Source of the DNA: Macrostomum lignano
Taxonomy: Eukaryota
DNA: 64,000 nt
Direction of reading: 5' to 3'
NCBI GenBank assembly: GCA_002269645.1
Contig: NIVC01000403.1
Span: 62,001-126,000 of the forward strand
Each line of letters opens with the position of its first letter. The stretch's first letter is position 1. Under the pieces are notes generated by a model. That model did no database searches. It saw only the letters and a list, made by a program, of their open reading frames with translations, and was not told the DNA's origin. A program made the translations under genes and the position numbers. Positions 11,511 through 22,689 of this stretch are shown piece after piece.

Positions 11511-12309
11511 TTAGTCACTAATATTATTAGTACAGACAATTAGGCGGTTTAAAGCATCATCACACAAAGTGTACGCACTGTTAGATGTGAACATTATGAA
11601 GCGTCGTTCTTTGCACTTCTAACTCATTTTTTAAAATCTCTAAGAATCTATTAGAATTTCAGAAAATAAAAAAACGAAAAGCCATGTAAATCTACTGACA
11701 CTCTTAATCTAAGGCATCAAAATATGCTTTATATATAATATGTAATTATATAGTGTACTCTTTAATCTTGACAATGTCACAGTGCAAGTTAAAAATACAA
11801 TAAACTTAATAAATATAATAATATGTAGCAATTTGCATACATTAAGCAATGCAATACGGGGAGAAATCTTATTCATTTATAATTAAGTTAAACAGCACTA
11901 ATTTGCAAGCAGTATTAGTTTCATTTACATTTGTTATTAAAAAAGTTAGAATCGAGTCAGTTGCGCAGTCAGATTACGTATCTTTTCTAAAGCAAAAAAA
12001 TGAAGTACCGCGTATGAAAAATGAAGGAATAAAGATTTAGTTAGTGTTTTAATTTCTGTCTTAGTACTAATAATTATGCATACAATAGCATTCTTACTAA
12101 CTGTTATATAAATAATAAGCGTAACAGCCCACGCATCTACCCACAGATTTAGTATAAAACGAGAAAGATGAGCATACTTCACAAATTACCTGCTTCCCTA
12201 TTTAACATTAATTAAGCCCTTCACTATTGTTAAAATTAAAATAAAATTAACCTCTCAACAGTTAAGACACAAGTTTAACTAACGCTTCAATGTAACTTGT
12301 AATAAATAT

Positions 12310-13398
12310 ACTTGGGATTCAATTAGGCGAGATAAGAATCAACTTGGGATTCAATTAGGCGAGATGAGAATCAACCTGGGATTCAATTAGGCGAGATGAG
12401 AATCAACCTGGGATTCAATTAGGCGAGATGAGAATCAACCTGGGATTCAATTAGGCGAGATGAGAATCAACCTGGGATTCAATTAGGCGAGATGAGAATC
12501 AACCTGGGACTCAATTAGGCGAGATGAGAGTCAACCTGGGATTCAATTAGGGCAGGTGAGGATCTAGCTGGGATTCAATTAGGCGAGATGAGAATCAACC
12601 TGGGATTCAATTAGGGCAGGTGAGAATCAACCTGGGATTCAATTAGGCGAGATGAGAATCAACTTGGGATTCAATTAGGCGAGATGAGAATCAACCTGGG
12701 ATTCAATTAGGGCAGGTGAGGATCTAGCTGGGATTCAATTAGGGCAGGTGAGGATCTAGCTGGGATTCAATTAGAGGAGGTGAGAATCTAGCTGGGATTC
12801 AATTAGGGCAGGTGAGGATTTAGCTGGGATTCAATTAGAGGAGGTGAGGATCTATCTGGGATTCAATTAGGGCAGGTGAGGATCTAGCTGGGATTCAATT
12901 AGAGGAGGTGAGAATCTAGCTGGGATTCAATTATGGCAGGTGAGGATCTAGCTGGGATTCAATTAGGGCAGGTGAGGATCTAGCTGGGATTCAATTAGAG
13001 GAGGTGAGAATCTAGCTGGGATTCAATTAGGGCAGGTGAGGATTTAGCTGGGATTCAATTAGAGGAGGTGAGGATCTATCTGGGATTCAATTAGGGCAGG
13101 TGAGGATCTAGCTGGGATTCAATTAGAGGAGGTGAGGATCTATCTGGGATTCAATTAGAGGAGGTGAGGATCTAGCTGGGATTCAATTAGGGCAGGTGAG
13201 GATCTAGCTGGGATTCAATTAGGGGAGGTGAGGATCTAGCTGGGATTCAATTAGGGCAGGTGAGGATCTAGCTGGGATTCAATTAGGGGAGGTGAGGATC
13301 TAGCTGGGATTCAATTAGGGCAGGTGAGGATCTAGCTGGGATTCAATTAGGGGAGGTGAGGATCTAGCTGGGATTCAATTAGAGGAGGTGAGGATCTA
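12310..13398. repeat. Minisatellite, 32-bp unit CTGGGATTCAATTAGGCGAGATGAGAATCAAC, switching to CTGGGATTCAATTAGGGCAGGTGAGGATCTAG
   Basis: Directly visible. Variant A dominates on the left and variant B on the right. Confidence 0.96.
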
Positions 13399-13964
13399 AG
13401 CTATGATTAAATTTATGCTTCATCAGACTGTTAAAGTGGCTAGTTATTTTGTTTTGATGCATAGTTAAACAAATAAAAAATTAAAGTCAGTTTTACAGTG
13501 CCAAAAGAAAAACCACACATTTTCAAACACGATATGTCAGATATTACATTAGCGCGGCACAAAACGTAAAAAAAGTGTACATGAACCACCAGGATAAATA
13601 ATTATTAAATCTTTGTAGCGCACACTACTTATTTAATCGAATAAGTAGTTACAGTCGGAAAGTGTAGAAAAACAAGACAAATTAAAAAGTCGAATGCGCG
13701 AAACTTGCTACTGTATGAGTAGTTGCGGAAATTCAATTGAATCTAATAATTTTTTATTAAGTTAGTTATTACGAGTAAGATAGAGAATGCTCCTGAATTA
13801 TAGTGAAAGATTTCGCGAGCTAGAAACACTGTTTACATTGTCGTAAAGAAAAACTGCAAAGAAACTCAACAGACTGTCTATTTTTTTTAACACATTCCAG
13901 TTAACAAAACTCTTAGAAATGATTAGAATCCCATACAATGTTTTTAAGAATCTAACGAGGCTTC

Positions 13965-14130
13965 TTTTAAAAGATTTCTAAGAATTCAACTAGGCTTCCA
14001 TTTAACGATTTCTAAGAATTCAACTAGGCCTTAAATTAACGATTTCTAAGAATTCAACTAGGCCTTCAATTAACGATTTCTAAGAATTCAACTAGGCCTT
14101 AAATTAACGATTTCTAAGAATTCAACTAGA
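13965..14130. repeat. Short repeat of about 33-34 bp, core TTAACGATTTCTAAGAATTCAACTAGGC
   Basis: About 4-5 copies. Confidence 0.85.
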
Positions 14131-14555
14131 TTAAGAAGGGTTTCGACATCACAAGTGGCAGTCAAATATCACATAAGCAACAATACGTTTCTCTAGCGGT
14201 ATTATTATTTGCTTTGAAACTATAAAAAAGCATGAAAGAAATATAACTAAAAAATTCATCTGGACATTTGAAACACTTGCAACTTATTATTATAAATGAA
14301 TAGACACACGGGGACAGGCAATTAGTGCCAAATAATTATATCCGAAAATTTTCAAAACTGTTTTAAAAGTGAAAAGGGTCTTTTCTAGCCTTTCTTTAAA
14401 TAGATTATGTTTTTTTACTCTATGAAAACGTTTTTTGAAACTATAGGGCAATGGATTTTAAATGATGATTCTAATAATATTTATAATTATATATTATATA
14501 TTTATAATTAAATTAATAATGAAAGCTTCGTTATTTTTAATCAGGTTCAAGCCAG

Positions 14556-17500
14556 CTACGCCCGGTCACCTCTAGCCGGTCTGGCCGAATTCGAACCCTG
14601 ATTACTGTGGCCAGAATTGCCAGCGGTTGTTGTCGCAGTACTACTGCCAGTAGCGGTTGTGGTTGTTGCAGTGCTAGCAGCGCTAGCGGCCGGGACGGCA
14701 GTGGTAGGCTGAGGCGGGGCCGATGGGTCCCTGGCCTGGTAGAACAGCAAATAGCCGCTGTCGTTACTGCGAGGCGAGTCGGAGCCCAGGCCGTAGAATT
14801 CCTCAATATGGGAGGGGTCGATTTTCTGCGAGGCCAAGAGGGGGGGGGGTTGGTTGAGACAGCGAATGGGCGATGACGCAATTACGAGCTCGTCTCTCTT
14901 TTATTTCATTTTTCGGTCTCAAATGGACAGACAGGTAGCCTACTTACTCTCTGCTCATCCAGGTGTTATGCTACTCCCTGCTCATCCAGGGGTTATGCTA
15001 CTCTCTGCTCATCCAGGTGTTATGCTACTCCCTGCTCATCCAGGGGTTATGCTACTCCCTGCTCATCCAGGGGTTATGCTACTCCCTGCTCATCCAGGGG
15101 TTATGCTACTCCCTGCTCATCCAGGGGTTATGCTACTCCCTGCTCATCCAGGGGGTTATGCTACTCCCTGCTCATCCAGGGGTTATGCTACTCCCTGCTC
15201 ATCCAGGGGTTATGCTACTCCCTGCTCATCCAGGGGGTATGCTACTCCCTGCTCATCCAGGGGGTATGCGACTCCCTGCTCATCCAGGGGGTATGCTACT
15301 CCCTGCTCATCCAGGGGGTATGCTACTCCCTGCTCATCCAGGGGGTATGCTACTCCCTGCTCATCCAGGGGGTATGCTACTCCCTGCTCATCCAGGGGTT
15401 ATGCTACTCCCTGCTCATCCAGGGGTTATGCTACTCCCTGCTCATCCAGGGGGTATGCTACTCCCTGCTCATCCAGGGGGTATGCTACACAGGTTTCAGA
15501 CCGATAGCTTACCTCAACAATATCATCGTCAAATAGAAGCCAGAGGCCATGCGACTTCACAATGGTGATGTAATGCCCCCTGTTCGGGCCGCAGCCGCAG
15601 TGGACAACTACAGACACCAGGTCGTACACTCGCTCTGGATTGCTCTCATCAAATGTTGACGACAGGCTTAGCTCCAGAGGAAATACAACCCGAGAATTAA
15701 CTTTCACGTGACGGGACATTTGTTCAATAAATTTGAATCGCTTCAGGTGCAAAGCCAATACTAGGGGCAGCTTTTTTAGCTTCATTCTTTTCGTAGCCTC
15801 CTGCTTTGAGGAGCAGAATTCGCAAAAGTACTTATTCTCGTGCTGCATTGTTTCTAAATTAGAGAAGCATTTTAAGCAGCTGAGTAAGCTGGAGTTTTGC
15901 TCGATGTCTACGGAGAGGTCTAGAAAGTTTTCGTCTTTCTGTCGGACCTGGAAAAATAATTTATACATAATTTTTTTATTCTGGAGCGTATTGAGCCTTT
16001 TAATACATGCAAATAACAGTAAATTGTTGAACAGATTCTATTGAAATTGGACAGGGTGGAGGGCGGCGCCCCACCGAAGGATACAGTGGAGGGTAGCGGC
16101 GCCCCACCGAAGGACACAGTGGAGGGTAGCGGTGCCCCACCGAAGTACACAGTGGAGGGTAGCGGTGCCCCACCGAAGGACACAGTGGAGGGTAGCGGCG
16201 CCCTACCGAAGTACACAGTGGAGGGTAGCGGCGCCCTACCGAAGTACACAGTGGAGGGTAGCGGCGCCCTACCGAAGTACACAGTGGAGGGTAGCGGCGC
16301 CCCACCGAAGGACACAGTGGAGAATAGCGGCGCCCCATCGAAGGACACAGTGGAGGGTAGCGGCGCCCCACCGAAGGACACAGTGGAGGGTAGCGGCGCC
16401 CCACCGAAGGACACAGTGGAGGGTAGCGGCGCCCTACCGAAGTACACAGTGGAGGGTAGCGGCGCCCCGAAGGACACAGTGGAGGGTAGCGGCGCCCTGA
16501 AGGACACAGTGGAGGGTAGCGGCGCCCCGACGTACACAGTGGAGGGTAGCGGCGCCCCGAACGACACAGTGGAGGGTAGCGGCGCCCCACCGAAGGACAC
16601 AGTGGAGGGTAGCGGTGCCCCACCGAAGGACACAGTGGAGGGTAGCGGCGCCCTACCGAAGGACACAGTGGAGGGTAGCGGCGCCCCACCGAAGGACACA
16701 GTGGAGGGTAGCGGCGCCCTACCGAAGTACACAGTGGAGGGTAGCGGCGCCCTACCGAAGTACACAGTGGAGGGTAGCGGCGCCCCATCGAAGGACACAG
16801 TGGAGAATAGCGGCGCCCCATCGAAGGACACAGTGGAGGGTAGCGGCGCCCCACCGAAGGACACAGTGGAGGGTAGCGGCGCCCTACCGAAGTACACAGT
16901 GGAGGGTAGCGGCGCCCCGAAGGACACAGTGGAGGGTAGCGGCGCCCTGAAGGACACAGTGGAGGGTAGCGGCGCCCCGACGTACACAGTGGAGGGTAGC
17001 GGCGCCGAAGGACACAGTGGAGGGTAGCAGCGCCCCACCGAAGGACACAGTGGTGGGTAGCGGCGCCCCGAAGGACACAGTGGGGGGTAGCGGCGCCCCA
17101 CCGAAGTACACAGTGGAGGGTAGCGGCGCCCCACCGAAGGACACAGTGGTGGGTAGCGGCGCCCCGAAGGACACAGTGGAGGGTAGCGGCGCCCCACCGA
17201 AGGACGTGGGGTTAGCAAAGCTACATTAAGAACCGCTTACTTGCACAGCAGAAACCAATGGCTTACATTTTCGCAGTTAAGACAGCGCGTCTCATTAGTC
17301 AGAGTGCCCTGAAAGATCTCGTGGACAAAGGTTGACGGCTGCTCAGTTGAGTCTCCTGTCAAACCTTCGCCCGAGCCAGCATTAGCCGCTGCTGCTGCTG
17401 CGGCGGCGGCTGCTGCAGCTGCTGCCGCTTTTGAATGCGAGCCGCGCAATCCGCCGGAGCCCTGGCCAGTCTGGCTCTGTTGAGCTTTACGCTCTTCGAC

Positions 17501-20500
17501 AAGTATATCGGCAATATGATTTATTAAATAATTGAAAAACTCGTGCGCGTCCTGCTGTTGAAAGTTGTCGAACGCTTCGTTTTCGCGTTTCAATTTTTGA
17601 ATAAATTTCTTAGGCGCCAACGTGCCAACTTTGCGCTTCTGCGAGGCGATGCTGTGAAATAAATCGGCTAATGCGGTTAATAGAGAGTCCTTCTTGCCGC
17701 CTTTGGTCTGCTGCTTGTACACCAGGACCCGCTCGCGAAACATTGTGTAGTATAGCGCCTGCAGCACCGAGTTGCAGTAGCAGGTGTTGCCGAACTGGGT
17801 CAGGGAAAGGGGTGTAAGTACGGACATTTGTGAAACAGCTTGTTCTTTACTAAAGACACTCTCTGCTCTGCCTTTTACATTGGTGAGCCACTGCCAGCCA
17901 CTGACTCTATCTGCTCACTGTTGGTGAGCCACTGCTAGCCACTGACTCTACCTGCTCACTGTTGGTGAGCCACTGCCAGCCACTGACTCTATCTGCTCAC
18001 TGTTGGTGAGCCACTGCCAGCCACTGACTCTATCTGCTCACTGTTGGTGAGCCACTGCCAGCCACTGACTCCACCTGCTCACTGTTGGTGAGCCACTGCC
18101 AGCCACTGACTCTATCTGCTCACTGTTGGTGAGCCACTGCCAGCTGACTCTATCTGCTCACTGTTGGTGAGCCACTGCCAGCCACTGACTCTATCTGCTC
18201 ACTGTTGGTGAGCCACTGCCAGCCACTGACTCTATCTGCTCACTGTTGGTGAGTCACTGCCAGCCACTGACTCCACCTGCTCACTGTTGGTGAGCCACTG
18301 CCAGCCACTGACTCTATCTGCTCACTGTTGGTGAGTCACTGCCAGCCACTGACTCTACCTGCTCTGTTGGTGAGTCTAGAGACAGCCCCCAACCTGCCCT
18401 GTTGGTGAGTCTAGAGACAGCCCCTCTACCTGTCTTTTTACACTTAAAAATAATATTCCAATAAACTATCTAGAGCCAATTAAAATGCACAGAAATGCAA
18501 CTTTCCAATTAAGGTGGCTGTTACTGGCAACACACACACACAAGTCATAAATCGCTTCTGTCTGTCTGTCTCAAATGCCCATAGCCAATAGTGACATACA
18601 TTTAGCAGTGTGAGATACAAAAGATAAAGTACAGTTAGGAAAATAGCACTTACATTTACTAGTCCAAAATAATGTTCATTGAGTGATGATGCCAGCTCCT
18701 TTTCTAATTGTGAACCGCTTTGACCCTGAAGGAAAAAATATGCAAAGCACTACTATTTCTAAGCACTTTAGAAGAAGAATTTAATTATATATATTAAAGG
18801 GTATAGATAAATGAAAAGGATACTTTAATTCTAATCTATTCCTCTTCATGACTTAGAAGCAAATCACTAATAAAAAAGAGCATTAGAAAAAATACTAGGC
18901 ATCATTTTGATAATTTCACTAAACTATGATCACTTAACATCTTTGAGAGTAATGGCCTGCTAACCAGTTGGTTTCTAAGAAGCCTCTTTTACAATCTGGC
19001 CTTCTTTGATAATAGCAAATGCTAGGTGGCTTTTCTATTGGCTTCATTTATCCACCCAACCATAACATACATATGGCATTAAAACTCTATTGCTTAAGTT
19101 TTTAAATGCATGCATGGACCTTAGAGCTCCCTCTTGAAAGTGAAAAATAATATCTTATCATTAGCTCTTACCACCCAACCACTGCATGGACATTGCATTA
19201 AAAATCTCACATTGCTTGGATGCTAAATTTTAGGGACTTAAGAGCTCCTTACACTTTGAAACTAGCAATATTCATTTATACCTACCTATATCAAATAGTT
19301 TTAATTTAGTTGAACTTAGTTTTGGCAAATTTATTTTGACAATTTTTAAGGTAAGCTAAAAAACAGAGTTTTAAACATATATGTACAACCTTCATGATTT
19401 ACATTAGCCATGCAACTTACTTTTTGAAAAAATGCCACTTACTTAAAAAAACCTTAAAGCAAAAATTATTGCAATTTTGGATAAATGGCAAAAGTAACTG
19501 TCTATGACTATCTTATTATTTCTAAATGCCCCATAATCTAATTAGTACTATGTCTATATTTTTAGGGGGAATTTTTGAGACTTAGCTCTAATTCACCACA
19601 ATTGATAGTGGCCAGATTGGCCAAGTCAGCTAGCAATTGCGCATGTATGATTTTAAATTAAAAAGCATATACAAAAGCTACAAAAAGGATCTATTATTTT
19701 AACTATTGATAATTCCACATTTGACTAGATTTTTAGCAATGTTATACACTAGGGCTTTCTAGCTATACATTTATAAATAATAAATGTTAAGGCTTAGTAT
19801 ACTAATTTGTATTTTAGCTTTATATCCTATTTTAGCCATCTAAACTGCGCTAGACATCCCTTTTTTATACACTAAACTATACAGCATATAAGACTACATC
19901 TATACTATCAAGGGCCAATTGGCACTAGCCACTGTCCATGATAATGGTTATTGGCTTCCCAGGATGGAATCTTTGTACAAAATCCTAGACATGTTCTGTG
20001 CGCGCTAACAAAAACTTGCGTAGTTGCGCACATATTTCTAGCAAACTTGTGCAACTTTAAAAAGCTTATGTGCGCGCAGCTTAATATTCTAAGAAATCTT
20101 GCATAATGTCATTTAAATTTTGAATATTGCAGTTGTTACAGTAAAACAAAGTTATTGCAAATTGAAAAACAAAGCTACTGGGAACTATATTAAACTAAAA
20201 AAGAATAATATTATTTATTTTTTAAGATTTATTTAAACTTTAATAAAACATTGTTAAATAGTTGCTAAGAAATTCAAGTGGCAAAAAATTGCGCATTCAT
20301 GGGTAAAAAACTTGTGCGAAAAAATTGCGCCCAACTTTTTGTTCCAAACTTTTCATGCAAAGATTGCCATCCTGGTTGGCTTCTATATAATAGGAACATA
20401 GCATATAAGATATAATCAAAAATTTATTGAAATATCTTTGTATATATATAGCTTATAAGTACTGACTGACTAATCTGATAACAAACAAATTTAGTAACAA

Positions 20501-21078
20501 AGATTGACAATTGTCAATGGACCAATTTGGCAAAAGCAAATTTGGCAACAATCTAGGCAAATATGGCAATGATTAATGAAGGAAAAACAATTATATATAA
20601 TTTGGATAATTCATTTAGTATAATGGTATTCTTCAATGCATATTAGCTTTCTTTTTTAATTGAGCTTGTTTTATTTATCATTTATCCTTATGAGTTTTAA
20701 AAGTTTTTTCTAAGAAATGTTTATTAATTTAAGATTGGGCAGCTTTGTACAATCTTTGGGACTCTTTAGCTATAAAAGGATGTGTTGGCATGTTCTCAAA
20801 TTTTCCTAGATTGTGGCTGAATTTGCTTTCCCCAAATTTGTCCATATAAAATTTCTGTCACCATATTTGTTTGTTGCCAAATTTAAGTGCATCTCATACA
20901 TGTGACACCTTCCTAAATGTGGCATAGAATCAATCAATTTCAAGTCTAATTTATTAAGAGATCCTTGATTTTTTAATTTAAGGATTCCAATCCAAAATGA
21001 TACTATGATAATCATCAAAGGCTAAAAAATAAAACAGTTATATAAGAAACTTACCATTCTCAAGCAGAAGAATTGCAT
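14556..21078 (-). CDS. USP46: Ubiquitin carboxyl-terminal hydrolase USP12/USP46 orthologue, 5 coding exons: 21078-21055, 18725-18654, 17794-17267, 15947-15513, 14825-14556; 442 aa
   Basis: MQFFCLRM|[20 protein letters not shown]|[12 protein letters not shown] (Cys box), [29 protein letters not shown] (His box), WLLFDDD and [15 protein letters not shown]. All junctions are phase-0 GT-AG and the total is 1329 nt. There is a 15-Ala insertion. It is likely the single ancestor of USP12/46. Confidence 0.93.
14941..15490. repeat. Intronic minisatellite, 27-bp unit GCTACTCCCTGCTCATCCAGGGG(T/G)TAT, USP intron 4
   Basis: It ends about 22 nt from the donor at 15512. Confidence 0.97.
16054..17205. repeat. 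Intronic minisatellite, 33/30-bp unit CACAGTGGAGGGTAGCGGCGCCCCACCGAAGGA, USP intron 3
   Basis: It fills about 1150 of 1319 nt. A variant block recurs at 16461 and 16911. Confidence 0.97.
17878..18425. repeat. Intronic minisatellite, 41-bp unit GTTGGTGAGCCACTGCCAGCCACTGACTCTATCTGCTCACT, USP intron 2
   Basis: About 12 copies plus degenerate tail copies. The unit has no CpG. Confidence 0.96.
19959..20375. mobile_element. Non-autonomous DNA transposon (MITE, 417 bp) with 8-bp TSD, hAT-like, in USP intron 1
   Basis: Imperfect TIR of about 25 bp: CCAGGATGG-AATCTTTGTACAAAA vs the reverse complement CCAGGATGGCAATCTTTGCATGAAAA. TSD TTGGCTTC at 19951-19958 and 20376-20383. Confidence 0.85.
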
Positions 21079-21811
21079 GTGTGGTTATTAATAATGGAGA
21101 AAATACCAACTAAAATGAAATAATTGTTCCAAAACAACTTGAATTGGAACTTTCACTTCAGTAGAACTATATGATTAGTAAATTGTTGCTTTTTGCCAAT
21201 AGCAATAGCAACAAAGTCAAGAATAAGTTTAGCAAACATGAACAGGAAGCGCAATTGATTACAGTCAGTTAAAGATAATTAGGCTTTGCCTTACTACAAT
21301 AAAAGAAAATACACTAAAATAAGTTGGCAAAGCTTAGATAAATTGTATTTGTTGAAGATGCTATGGTTATTCAATTGGTAGTTTATCAATTACATTAACA
21401 GTCTAAGAAATGCAAAACGGTGCATTGCATCTAGCAGAAAACGTTAAGTAGTACGCTAATGATTGTTATTCTCTGCAGTCAAGAATCAAAAGCATGTATA
21501 TGTATAATAAAATCTAATTTACTTCCTTATTTTACGGAACTCTTGAATAGTTTGTCACAACTTTCCAGGATTTATACTACAAAAAGATGAGTTTGAATTT
21601 GACGTTTCTTGAAAAAATTCCGGGTTTGTTTGATGTTCCAGCTAATTTTGTATAATGTATAAGATCTGGTTCCGTGTTAGAATGCGCCTAGTACAGCAAG
21701 TACCATCACCCTAAAAAATTAAATATTAGCATATTAACACACTTTTGCAAGTCCTTTATCGATAGCGCGCATGGGCTTTCACTGTGTTTGGTATTTACAC
21801 ACTTATATTAC

Positions 21812-22071
21812 CTAGGATTTTTACAGCAGCCAGGTCAGAAGCAGCCAGCATTGATGGTAACTTGATTGCGTCTGCGTCGGAAGTTTCGATAATTTCACGG
21901 CTCAAGGCTTAAATGAAAAGCTTTAGATCCATGTAAAAGATGAATCGAATGGACTGCTAATAAGGAATGGCAATTCCCCTATTGAGTTAGGATCCGATTA
22001 GCCTGTACTTTCCTCCTCGATCAGCCCGTGCCCAAAAAATTGTCATATCTTATGGCCTGTAACTATGCAAG
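21812..22071. promoter_or_regulatory. Candidate bidirectional promoter with divergent non-coding first exons (USP / PTDSS1)
   Basis: The genes are head-to-head. There is a minus-strand donor TAG|GTAATA (exon end 21812) and a plus-strand donor CAAG|GTATAT (exon end 22071). Both first coding exons are preceded by acceptors (minus TTTCATTTTAG before 21109; plus TTTACAG ending 22628 and TTTTCAAG ending 22660). CpG is locally retained. Confidence 0.45.
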
Positions 22072-22689
22072 GTATATTTTCTGATATTGTGTTGTAATTG
22101 CATGGTATTAGCTTGCCCCCCACCCCTCAACAATTTTTCTGTGTCCGCTACTGAACACTTTTAAAAGTACTTTTCAGAACTTTCTTCAACAATATCTAAA
22201 GTCACTCTTTCAACCAAACTTACAGCTTGTCGGACAATTTTTTTGACCACATTTATTACTACTCCTGTTGCCACTTTGATAATTAAAATTACAGCTTTGT
22301 TAAGAATAGCAACGAGTTTTTATATTTTATTTAAATAAAATTAATTAGCAGACGAAAACATAATTCGAAAAAAGTGGACCAGCATTAATTTTTCTAATAC
22401 GTGATACTGTGTACAATAATGAATATCAATAAAATTGAAGTAGATAGCGACTAGGACGCCTAAGACTAAGAGGGTATATATTGTGTATAAAGGACTTTGT
22501 GTCTAGTTTTTCATTTTTCTTTAATTGTCAGAAAGTATTATAATACAATACACCTAACACATATAACATCATTTCTATGTATAATTTGTAAAATATTTGA
22601 AGTTCGCTTGACTAAACCTATATTTACAGAGTTTTTGTTGTTCTGGATTCCATTTTCAAGGTTTAAGTTGTAGTTTTTTGCCAAATATA

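Noticed and set aside
15920-17229. 328-432-aa repetitive ORFs (e.g. [11 protein letters not shown]) as mucin or adhesive-type proteins
   Set aside because: They lie within USP intron 3, both strands and several frames are open simply because the unit lacks stops, and there is no signal peptide or splice support.
17372-17432. 15-Ala tract in USP as a pathological repeat expansion
   Set aside because: Mixed GCN codons indicate an old, stable low-complexity insertion, and Ala-rich tracts also occur in LTV1.
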